This document shows positions 1 to 8,900 of a DNA stretch of 64,000 nucleotides, piece by piece. The DNA is from Candidatus Micrarchaeia archaeon (GTDB lineage Archaea > Micrarchaeota > Micrarchaeia > Norongarragalinales > Norongarragalinaceae). How positions within the stretch are numbered: position 1 is the stretch's first letter; each line of letters opens with the position of its first letter. The translations under genes were made by a program, and so were the position numbers. The DNA is taken from contig JBAZPG010000003.1 in assembly GCA_041648335.1 (NCBI GenBank), positions 10,605 to 74,604 of the forward strand, in the 5' to 3' direction. The notes below the pieces were generated by a model, which did not search any database, had not been told where the DNA came from, and was given only the letters and a program-made list of their open reading frames with translations.

Positions 1-234
1 GAGTCGCTCGGCTCGTGCCAGCAGCAAGTAGGGTACAACGTCACGATAACGAACCACAAGACTGCGGCAGTCACGGTAAACTTCGTGGATGACTCGTTGT
101 GGAGCGACTGGGAAATCGTCTCGGAGTCGTGGAGCCACGTGAAAGAGGATGCGAACACTGCCTCGTGGGAGTTCAGCGTGCCTGCGGACGCTGCGCGCTC
201 GCTCGTGTACTCGGTGCGCACGCGCTACTGCTGA
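1..234 (+). CDS. Partial CDS (C-terminal 77 aa only), hypothetical; tail resembles DUF4139-type proteins
   Basis: Frame +1 is open from the window edge to TGA at 232-234 (...YNVTITNHKTAAVTVNFVDDSLWSDWEIVSESWSHVKEDANTASWEFSVPADAARSLVYSVRTRYC). It is not in the ORF track because the start lies outside the window. The family call is from memory of similar C-termini. Confidence 0.4.
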   Translation, partial: ESLGSCQQQVGYNVTITNHKTAAVTVNFVDDSLWSDWEIVSESWSHVKEDANTASWEFSVPADAARSLVYSVRTRYC

Positions 235-3200
235 ACCTTTTCTTTTTTCTTTTTCTTTTTACCAGCTAGCTTCCAGCCCGCGTATGCGAGTTCCAAAGCA
301 AGGGCACTGGCGAGCAGCCAGTTGAGCGCGCCCCAAGTCGAGAGCCATTCGGAAACCGAGGCGGCGCGGGTGCCTTGGAATGCTACGCCGGGTTCCTTGA
401 ACGCGTTCGGGTCGATCAGGCGGTCGGCGCGGTACTCGAGGTACGCCTTCGCGTTCGGGGCGAGCCAGGCAATCACCCAGGCAACGCTCGAACCGTAATC
501 CTCGTCGGGCGTGACAACGAAGAACACCTGGTCGGAAGTCAAACCCGCGGGCAAGTCTTCTTGAATGCGGGCGTTCTCCACGCCTTCGTCGCCCAGGTTG
601 GTTATCTCGAGCGTAACGATGGTAGTCCACTCTCCGTTTTCTTCAGTTACGACTATGCGCCTCGTAACCTCGAGGACCTGCTCCACGCCTTCCACGCATT
701 GCGCGTTCCCTTGGGTAACGGTTTCAGTGATTGTCTCGCACGGCTCCGCGGTCGGTGAAGGCGTGGGCGTGACGTTGTAAGCGCCGCCGTGCCCGGGGTC
801 CGGGACTACGGTGGGCGCCTCCGTGGGTTTGGGGGACGGGTCCGGGTGCGAGCTCCCCCCGCCGCCTCCGCCGCTGCAGTCGAGCGCGCAGTTCGACGCG
901 TCCTCGACGCCCGGGTAACAATAGCTGTTCCCGCACAACGCGAGAACCATCCGCTCGGGCCAAACCGCCTGGTCAATCGTGTAATTCGTGGCGTTCGACG
1001 GATAGTAGTGCTGGCCAGTCAACAGACCGGGTCCGTAAACCGTGAGCGTCTGGTCGGTGTAATTCACCGTAACCGTGGAGTTCTGGAAGTATTCGTCCGC
1101 TATGCCCGTGACGTAACCACCCGCCGCGGCTGCGGTGCTCGACATCAGGTAAGTGGAATTCGAAATGTTGAGATAGCCCATCACCGTGTTACTCAAGTCG
1201 TCTTTGAGGTAGAGTGCGGCGTACCACTTCACCGTGATGTTTCCTCCGGAAATCGTGGCGTTCGACTTGTTGAACGTGGAGTTCAAGAACACGTTGTAGC
1301 CGCCCGCAACGCTCTGCACCGCGGTGCCAGGCGCGTTGGTTATCGCGTCGTTCGTCAAGGTGTTGTTGAGCGCCGCACCCTCGAAGCGCACGCCCGCGAC
1401 AACGTTGTAAGAGAGGTTGTTGTTCGAGGAGTTCGACCCGCTCGCCGAGGAGTAGTTCGCGCCGATTGAATTGTAGGCAAGCGTGTTCCAGGCGAGGGTC
1501 TGGTTCTCCGCGCTCCCGGACAAGGCGATTCCCTGCAGGTTGTGCGAGGCGTTGTTGTAGGACGCGTTGTTTCCGTCAGCGTCCGTGAACCGTATGCCGT
1601 CCGCGGTGTTGTTCCAAATCGTGTTGTTGTAAACAAGTCCCTCGTCCGCCGCATCCCCGAGGTAGAGCACTGCCGTGGTGAAGTTCGTAATCGCGCAGTT
1701 CTTTATTGTAACGCGGCGGTAACCCGTGTTGTTGAACGCGATGCCCGAGCCAACGCCGCTCAACGCGTATCCCGCGCAGTCCAAGGTAATCTGGTTCGTG
1801 GTGATGTTGAAGCAGTTCGTGAATCCCCCGGCGAACACGTTCGCTTCGAGGGTGAAATCGGCTGCGATGCTCTTGCAACCGTGGTACGCCGCGGAAATCG
1901 GGCCGTAGTCCGCGCCCGAACCCGTGAAGTTCGCGGTGAACGTGGAATTGTAGGGGTATTGGGAACCCATGTCGCCGTAGCCGTCGTTGTCCGAGTCGTA
2001 CAGGCGCAGGGTGAGGATGTCCGCGTAATAGTTGCCTTGCGCCTTGCCGCCCGCCGTGGTGTTGAACTGGTTGGTTTCGTTCAGGCACGAAACGAACGAG
2101 GTCGCCCCGCCGAGGAAGGTGTTGTGGTATATCCTGTTTTCGCCTGCTTGCGCGCCCAAATACAATCCCGTGCTCTCGTTAAATGTGTTGTTCTGCACGG
2201 TGTTGCCCGAAGCGCTGCCTTCAAGGACTACCCCCCCGAAGATGGAGGAATAACTGCTATTGTAAATGTTGTTGTAGGAAAGGTTATTGTAATCCGCGCT
2301 GTTGGCGACGATGCCGTAACCGTTTCCGTGGACTTGGTTCGCGTACGCAGTGTTCGAGTCCGCGTTGTCACCGTAAAAGCGGATGCCGATGGCGGCGTTG
2401 TCGTTGACTATGTTAAACGTCAGGTTCGAGAGCGTCGCGGTGCCGCTCAACTTGAATCCGTCACCGGAGTAACCGTAGGACGCGTTGTTGTACGAGAAAT
2501 TGCATTCGTCCGCGTCGCTGACTGAGAAACCATGGTCTCCGTTCGCGTACGCGGTGTTGTTGTAAAACACGTTCTGGTCCGCGCCTTCGCCGTTCACGAA
2601 GAAGCCCGAATACGATGAAGAGCCGACGCTGTTCCCCGCCACGCGGTTGAAACCGAACAAGTTGAGGGTCGCCGAGCCCGCGACGCTGAAACCGTACTTC
2701 GTGTTGTAGGAGACGTTGTTGTACGAGAAGTTGTTCGAGTCGCCGTCCTCGAGGTAGACGCCCGCGCCCGTGTTCGAGTGAACCGTGTTGTTGTAGGCGA
2801 GCCCGTCGTCCGCGCCGTCGCCCGCGAAGTAAATGCCCGTTACGAAGTTGGTTATCGCGCAGTTCGTGACGTTGAGCTTGCGGAACCCGTTGTTGTAAAT
2901 CCCGTAACCGCTTCCGAGTCCGCGGATTGCATAGCCGTTGCAGTCGAGCACGAGGTTGTTCGCGGTAACGTTGAAGCAGTTCGTGAGCAACGCGGAGGCG
3001 TCCACGCTCGCGTTGAGTGTGGTGTTCGCGGAGAGGTTGCCGCAGCCCGCGCGGGGGTTCTGGGGCGCCCAGTCGCCGCCCGCACCCAGCCACTTGTTGG
3101 TGAGGGACGCGTTGTACGGCAAGTCCAAGCCATAGTCCGCCCAGCGGTCGCCGCCCAGGTAATCGTAAATCTTGTAGTTGAGTATGTTCTCGTAATAGTT

Positions 3201-4304
3201 GCCGTGCTGGGTTCCACCCACCGAAACGTTGAACGCGTTCGTGGCGTTCCCGTTGCTCACGAACGCGGTGGCGCCCCCGTAGAACAGGTTGTGGTACGCG
3301 AAGTTGTTGCGGCTCAACGCGTCCGAAAGCCAGCCGATGTCGTCGGTTATCGTGTTGTTCTGGAAGTAGTTGTTGTCCGCGGCGCTATCCAGGTTGAAGC
3401 CGCCCACGTTGTTGAACAGGGTATTGTACGAGAAGTTGTTCGCGTCCGCGCCGGACAAATAGACGCCCGAGCCAGTACCGGAAACGATTTGGTTGAACGC
3501 AAACGTGTTGTTGTAAATCGCATTCGCATCCGCCGTGAGGGCGATGCCGAAGCCGGCGTTGCCCGTGAACTCGTTGCGCGAAACGTTGGAATAAGTGAAC
3601 GGCGAAGTGCCCGAGTTGTCGTCCGCAAAAAAGCCGCCCACCGGGTTGTAGGACGCGTTGTTGTACGAGAAGTTGTGGTAATTGCCGGTCAGGTAGACGC
3701 CGCCGACCGCATTGTAGGATGCGTTGTTGTCGTACAACAGGAAGTTGGTTAGGGTGTTGCCTGCGGCGACGGACAACTGGATGCCGTAGCCGCCCGGGGA
3801 GTAGTCGAACTGGTTGTGCGTGAAGTTGTTCGCGTCCATCGCAGCGTAGAACGAGTAAACGTAAAGGTTCGCGTTCGTGTTCAATGATGCGTTGTTGTAC
3901 GAGACGTTGCACGAGTCGCCGCCGATGAACATGAAACCCCGGTTGTTACTCCAAATCGTGTTGTTGTAGTAAACGCCGTTGTCCGCGCCCGAACCCGAAA
4001 CGTTCACCGCGAGGTTGAACAGCGTGATGCGGCAGTTCCTGAGCTTGAAGTTGCGGTAGCCGTTCACGTTCACTGCGACAACGGTTTCCGAGGCGGGCCC
4101 GTTCCCGCGGATGCGGTAGCCCGCGCAGTCGAAGACCACGTTGTTATCGGTCACGGTGAAACAGGTGGTGTTGCCTGCGGCTTCCACGTTCCCCGTGAGG
4201 GTGAGCGACGAACCAACGGAAGAGTTGCAGTTGGCTGCCGTGGCGGGCGAGGCGAACAATAGCAGGAAAGCGAATGCAACAACAACCTTCGGGCTAAACC
4301 TCAA
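225..4304 (-). CDS. Giant (1359 aa) secreted surface protein: three tandem right-handed parallel beta-helix (PbH1/NosD-like) modules, Gly/Pro/Thr linker, C-terminal TM anchor and poly-Lys tail
   Basis: N-terminal signal peptide (VVVAFAFLLLFASPATAA). A thrice-repeated cassette NCFNVTxNNxxLDCxGYxIxG...NCxITNF is followed by Asn-rich ~20-aa rungs (NNASYN, NNFSYN). Then come a GGGGGGSSHPDPSPKPTEAP linker, a hydrophobic helix NWLLASALALELAYAGW and the tail GKKKKKKEK. The apparent start is TTG. Confidence 0.8.
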   Translation of the reverse strand: MRFSPKVVVAFAFLLLFASPATAANCNSSVGSSLTLTGNVEAAGNTTCFTVTDNNVVFDCAGYRIRGNGPASETVVAVNVNGYRNFKLRNCRITLFNLAVNVSGSGADNGVYYNNTIWSNNRGFMFIGGDSCNVSYNNASLNTNANLYVYSFYAAMDANNFTHNQFDYSPGGYGIQLSVAAGNTLTNFLLYDNNASYNAVGGVYLTGNYHNFSYNNASYNPVGGFFADDNSGTSPFTYSNVSRNEFTGNAGFGIALTADANAIYNNTFAFNQIVSGTGSGVYLSGADANNFSYNTLFNNVGGFNLDSAADNNYFQNNTITDDIGWLSDALSRNNFAYHNLFYGGATAFVSNGNATNAFNVSVGGTQHGNYYENILNYKIYDYLGGDRWADYGLDLPYNASLTNKWLGAGGDWAPQNPRAGCGNLSANTTLNASVDASALLTNCFNVTANNLVLDCNGYAIRGLGSGYGIYNNGFRKLNVTNCAITNFVTGIYFAGDGADDGLAYNNTVHSNTGAGVYLEDGDSNNFSYNNVSYNTKYGFSVAGSATLNLFGFNRVAGNSVGSSSYSGFFVNGEGADQNVFYNNTAYANGDHGFSVSDADECNFSYNNASYGYSGDGFKLSGTATLSNLTFNIVNDNAAIGIRFYGDNADSNTAYANQVHGNGYGIVANSADYNNLSYNNIYNSSYSSIFGGVVLEGSASGNTVQNNTFNESTGLYLGAQAGENRIYHNTFLGGATSFVSCLNETNQFNTTAGGKAQGNYYADILTLRLYDSDNDGYGDMGSQYPYNSTFTANFTGSGADYGPISAAYHGCKSIAADFTLEANVFAGGFTNCFNITTNQITLDCAGYALSGVGSGIAFNNTGYRRVTIKNCAITNFTTAVLYLGDAADEGLVYNNTIWNNTADGIRFTDADGNNASYNNASHNLQGIALSGSAENQTLAWNTLAYNSIGANYSSASGSNSSNNNLSYNVVAGVRFEGAALNNTLTNDAITNAPGTAVQSVAGGYNVFLNSTFNKSNATISGGNITVKWYAALYLKDDLSNTVMGYLNISNSTYLMSSTAAAAGGYVTGIADEYFQNSTVTVNYTDQTLTVYGPGLLTGQHYYPSNATNYTIDQAVWPERMVLALCGNSYCYPGVEDASNCALDCSGGGGGGSSHPDPSPKPTEAPTVVPDPGHGGAYNVTPTPSPTAEPCETITETVTQGNAQCVEGVEQVLEVTRRIVVTEENGEWTTIVTLEITNLGDEGVENARIQEDLPAGLTSDQVFFVVTPDEDYGSSVAWVIAWLAPNAKAYLEYRADRLIDPNAFKEPGVAFQGTRAASVSEWLSTWGALNWLLASALALELAYAGWKLAGKKKKKKEKVQQ

Positions 4305-4387
4305 AGTCGATTCCCACCTTGCGAACTGGCTGTGTTGGTTACGCTTCCAAGGTATTAAAATCCTCGCGGCGGGGGTAGGGCGGTGGC

Positions 4388-4394
4388 TTTAAAA
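4388..4394 (+). promoter_or_regulatory. TATA-like box upstream of the S6e-RpiB-Rpe unit
   Basis: TTTAAAA lies ~50 nt upstream of the GTG start at 4444. A GGAGGG Shine-Dalgarno-like motif sits at 4432-4437, 6 nt before the start. Confidence 0.35.
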
Positions 4395-4443
4395 TGTTGT
4401 CCGCGCGTTGTTTATACCGTAACGATTCAACGGAGGGAAGTAA

Positions 4444-4863
4444 GTGAAAATTGTTTTCGGAGACCCAAAGACCGGCAAGTGCTTCCAAAAAGAGTTGGAA
4501 GCAGGCAAGGAAACCCAGTTCTACGGCAAGAACATCGGCGAAAAATTCGAGGGCGGCTTGCTCGGCTTGCCGGGCTACGAACTCGAAATAACCGGCGGCT
4601 CGAACAAGCAGGGCACCCCAATGGTTCCCTACATCCAGGGGCAACGCAAGCTCAAGGCAACGCTCCCGCTGGGAGTGGGTGTGAGGAACTTCAAGAAGAA
4701 GCGCCCGGTGGGCAAGGGGCAGAAAGTCAAGAAGCGCGTGTGCGGGGACACCGTGAGTGAGGAAACCGCCCAAATCAACGCCCGCATAACCACGCAGGGC
4801 GCCCAACCGCTCGCGGAACTCGGGTTCACGCCCAAGGAAAAGAAGGCCGAAGTAAAGAAATGA
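4444..4863 (+). CDS. rps6e: 30S ribosomal protein S6e
   Basis: MKIVFGDPKTGKCFQKELE...GLPGYELEITGGSNKQGTPM matches the conserved S6e N-terminal core. GTG start preceded by GGAGGG. Confidence 0.9.
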   Translation: MKIVFGDPKTGKCFQKELEAGKETQFYGKNIGEKFEGGLLGLPGYELEITGGSNKQGTPMVPYIQGQRKLKATLPLGVGVRNFKKKRPVGKGQKVKKRVCGDTVSEETAQINARITTQGAQPLAELGFTPKEKKAEVKK

Positions 4864-5291
4864 AGCGCGCCATTGTCGCAAGCGACCACGCCGGCTTCCC
4901 CTTGAAGGAGGAGGCGAAGGCGTGGCTCTCGCAACTCGGCTACGCCGTAGAGGACGCGGGATGCTATTCCACTGAGCCGTGCGACTATCCGTTTTACGCC
5001 GCTCGTCTTGCGAAAGCCCTCAAGGCCAAGAAAGCAGCGTGCGGTTTGATGGTTTGCAGCACGGGCATCGGCTCTTCAATCGCGCTCAACCGCTTCAAGG
5101 GCGTGCGCGCCGCGTTGTGCACGAGCGAGGCGATGGCTCGGCAGGCGCGCGAACACGTGGATGCGAACGTTCTCGTGCTCGGCTCGCGCGTGACGCCCGC
5201 TGCCAAGGCAAAGCGCATAACGCGCGTTTTCTTCTCCACGAAGTTCAGCGGGGCGGCGCGGCACGCGCGGAGAGTGCGTTTGCTTGGCTGA
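4860..5291 (+). CDS. rpiB: Ribose-5-phosphate isomerase B (RpiB/LacA/LacB family)
   Basis: 143 aa; IVASDHAGFPLKE...CSTGIGSSIALNRFKGVRAA...ANVLVLG is typical RpiB. The start overlaps the S6e stop by 4 nt. Confidence 0.85.
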   Translation: MKRAIVASDHAGFPLKEEAKAWLSQLGYAVEDAGCYSTEPCDYPFYAARLAKALKAKKAACGLMVCSTGIGSSIALNRFKGVRAALCTSEAMARQAREHVDANVLVLGSRVTPAAKAKRITRVFFSTKFSGAARHARRVRLLG

Positions 5292-5922
5292 AATCTGGGC
5301 TTCCCTGTTGGGGCGCGACTTGAAGTCGATTGACTACGATTACCTGCGACGAATTGGAGTCGCTGGATTACATTTCGATGTGATGGACGGCGACTTTGTC
5401 CCCGAGAAGGCGTTCGAACGCGGCGACCTCGACTCCGTGCTCGGGAAGCTGCCCGTGGACGTGCACTTCATGGTGCGCCGCCCGGCTGAATGGAACATCA
5501 AGTCTTTTCTAGTTGACGGCGTGGAGTGGGCGAGCGTTCACGCGGAAGCCCTACGGGCAACGGCGGCGTTGGAGGAAATCGCCGCAGCGGGAAAAAAGGC
5601 AGGACTCGCCTTCAACCCCGGGACGCAAGCCGGGATAATGAAGTTGTACGATGATTTGGCGGATTACGCGCTCGTGATGGGCGTGCAGCCCGGACGCGGG
5701 GGACAGGAGTTCGACGAGAGCGTGCTCGCGAAAATAACCGAATTGTCGGAAGGATATGGAAAACCCGTGAGCGTGGACGGCGGCTTGAACGCGTCCACAG
5801 GACCAGAGTGCGTTCGCGCGGGTGCGCAGCGCTTGTGCTCGGGCAACTACTTATTCAACAAGTTGTCGTGGAACGACGAAGCAACGGACAAAGAATTAGT
5901 AGCGTCCCTGTCTGCGGACTAG
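5284..5922 (+). CDS. rpe: Ribulose-phosphate 3-epimerase-like protein
   Basis: HFDVMDGDFVP motif, later VDVHFMV and MGVQPGRGGQEF...VDGG, characteristic of the Rpe TIM barrel. TTG start overlaps the rpiB end. Confidence 0.65.
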   Translation: MAEIWASLLGRDLKSIDYDYLRRIGVAGLHFDVMDGDFVPEKAFERGDLDSVLGKLPVDVHFMVRRPAEWNIKSFLVDGVEWASVHAEALRATAALEEIAAAGKKAGLAFNPGTQAGIMKLYDDLADYALVMGVQPGRGGQEFDESVLAKITELSEGYGKPVSVDGGLNASTGPECVRAGAQRLCSGNYLFNKLSWNDEATDKELVASLSAD

Positions 5923-8900
5923 CGCGACTCCCGCGAGTATCAAGGCGAGCATCAACGCGAGCAACGGCTGTTCCTCGGGCCACGAGGGCAGGTTCAAACC
6001 CGTGCGGTTTCCCGAACCCGAGGTGCTCCACGCTTGGGTGAACGGGTTCGTTGCGGGCACTCCCCGGGTTCCCCCGTTCTCGTCCGCCATGAACCCTATG
6101 CCTTTGCTCATGTAATCCGCGCTCAACGGTATGTCCTGCCCGTTGTAAACGTTTATCGCACCCGTGCTCGGGTTGAAGGTAAGCATGCCGTCGTCTCCCC
6201 GTGCGGCGAGCAACGCGAGCACCTCGTCCAAGCCGTTCGGACCCTGGGCCGAGAGCATGGGTTGCCCGTTCTCAACGTCGAAACCGAAGTTGAATCGTCC
6301 CTGGTCGGTGTCATAGGCGAACTGCCCGTTCCCCAAGTCCTCGCGTCCGGTTATAGTATAGTCGGTTGCCTCGCCGGTTGCCTTGTCAATCACGCGGAGG
6401 GTGTTCCCGTCGAAGTAGAACTCGTGCGAATCGGTTTCTAGTGTGTCCAACCCGCCTTCACCCTGGATGGCGTCGAGTGCGGCGTTGATTTCCGCGCCGT
6501 CCTCTTCCGCGCCAGTCTTCGCGTCCACGCCCAGGTTCATTTCGCCGTCCTCCAACGCGGTTTCAACCGCGCGGAGGTTCTGGGCGCTCATGCTCGCGAG
6601 CGAGTAAATGAAAACGAGGACGCGCCCGTCGCTCGAGAACTCCATCTTGCCCTTGTCGCCGATTATCGTGCGGATGCTCCCGATTGTCGTTTCGGGCGTG
6701 CCTGCGCCGCTCAACATTACCGAGCCGTCGCCGTTCACCGTGAGCTTGGAGGCGCGGAGTTCTTGACGCGAGGCAAGCCCGCCCATCAGTTCGTAGCCGG
6801 GTGCGGTGGTTTCGACGCCGAACGCCTCGCCTTCGTCAGGGTAGAGTGTGAGGAAGCGAATTGTTCCCGAGGAGAATGAGGCGATTCCCTTGTCGGTGTC
6901 CACGCTTGAAATGGTGCCGATATAGGCACTCAAATCCAGTCCCTCGTCGCGGTTCGCCACCATTGCGAGCGCCTTGGCGAGGCACGCGCCGTCGCAGTCA
7001 CCCGAGAGCGTCGCGGAGCCGTCGCCGTCCACTGAAACGAACTCGCCCTCGCACATATAGGTGTGTTCCACGATTTTGTTCGGGAGGATGACGCGCCCGT
7101 TCTCCTGGGAACGCATGCGGGACAAGGCGCGCACGCTATTCCAGTAATCATTCAAAGCGAGGCGCACGCTGCCGTCCTCGTTGTACACCGTGACTCCGTC
7201 CGAGCCGAGGTTGAAGTTGAGCGCGCCGTTGTCATAGTTCTCGTTGAATTCGCAGCCGTTGCCCGCGAGTTTGTCGAACAACCCGCCTTGCACGCTCCAC
7301 GCGCTCTCCTCGATTTGGAAGTAGTAAATCTCTTCTGGCTCCACGGCGCCGACTTGGTTCTCGAGCACGGCGCGGAAACTCAGAACGTCTTGCATGCGGT
7401 CCAACTGTTCGGTGGTGTTCACGGGTGCGAACGAGTTTTGTGCCGCTTGCCCAATGTTGAGTTGGTCCGCCAAGTCCTGTATCTGTTGTAACGGGTTCGA
7501 GCCGGCTTCCTGCGACGCCTCTATTGAGAGCGGGGCGTAAGCGAGTATCTTGTACTGCGGGTCCTTGCACGTTGAGACGTACTGCATCGCGCGGTTGCCC
7601 CAGTACACTTGGAAGGCGGTAATCGGGTTGAGGGAGTTGACTATATCCGGGAGGGTTTTAGACAAGAACGTGGCTTTGGATAATGCTAGAGATTTCGCCG
7701 CTTGCGACGACACTTGTTGTTGAGAGGCACGGAAAATATTAACATATTTTGTAGGTTCGCCGGCGGCATTGAACGTCACAGGAACCATACGCCATTTTTC
7801 TGTTAGGGACAGGGTTATCCTGCTAGCCCCGCCGAACGCAGTAAGGTAAACGTCCGCGGCGGTGGCTGCAGCGCTCGTCACGGCGTAAACGCTCTTTAGA
7901 TTGCTTAATACGCTCGCCTCGCAAACAACATCCTTGCCATAATCTTTGTCAATGCTCATTCCCGCGGAAAAGCCCGTCATCATTACGGAGATTCCGAGGA
8001 TGTTGCCGGCAGCCGAGGGAAGGTTGCGGGAGAGAATGAAGGGCAGGGCGAGTGCAGTGATATACTTGTATGCATCACCGTTCACTTTCTGGTTTATCAC
8101 CGCCTCGGGTAACAGTTCGTTGACTATGAAACCCATGCTCGTGTATTTCTCGTCTTTCTTGAGTTTCCTCAAGTCCTCGAAATTCACGGATGACGAAGAG
8201 CCGTCCCAATTCGTCGCAATGCGCCAGCCCGCGCCATAAGGCGTAACTGCGGTGAGCGAGGTTACGGTGGCGATTTCGTTAGCCGGTTCAACCTTGTTTA
8301 TCACGAAAACCTTGCCTAATTCGAATGCCTTGGCGGGCGCGGCAACACCCGTCCAGTCCGCAAGAAGCTCTTGGACTTTGCCGGTTCCCCACGGGTTCGA
8401 GGCGCTCCTGAATTTTTCAAGAGGCTTGCGATTGACCACCACCTTAAGGTATTGGTCGGAAACGCCGCCCGCCGTGTTCAACAGGATGCCGTCGTTCGCC
8501 TCGAACATCAGGCGCGCCGGGCCGAGCCAGGAAAAACCTAGCATTACGCTTGCAGTCAATGTCGAAGAAGCCAAGCGGTTTACTTTATTATAAGTACTGA
8601 GCATGGTTTTAGCTTCCTTGTATTCAGTATTAAGATTATCAAAGGTGCCGCGCGCACCGGCAAACGCCTTGTTCATGTCAGCAAAATCCGCATCTTTCAA
8701 ACCCGGAGCGCGAATCGCTTCGGAAAGGGCATTAACGGACTGTGACTGTTGACCCATTAAATCCTTCTTAAGTTCCGCTGTTTGCTCCAGGTTTCGCGCG
8801 TGGGAAATCGTGCTCAAACTCGAAATCAACGCGGCATAAAATTGAACCCCGTTTATCTTGCTGAAGTGGGTTATCCAATTCTCGTAGAACGAGGGGATGA

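Noticed and set aside
1542-3752. Long ORFs on the opposite strand or in other frames of the giant genes, for example 1542-2525, 2778-3752, 15048-16001, 42802-43896, 44479-45720 and 47370-48272
   Set aside because: These are typical high-GC shadow ORFs. Translations are dominated by Arg/Ala/Gly/Pro/Val with no motifs, no signal or start context, and they fully overlap genes with strong family signatures.
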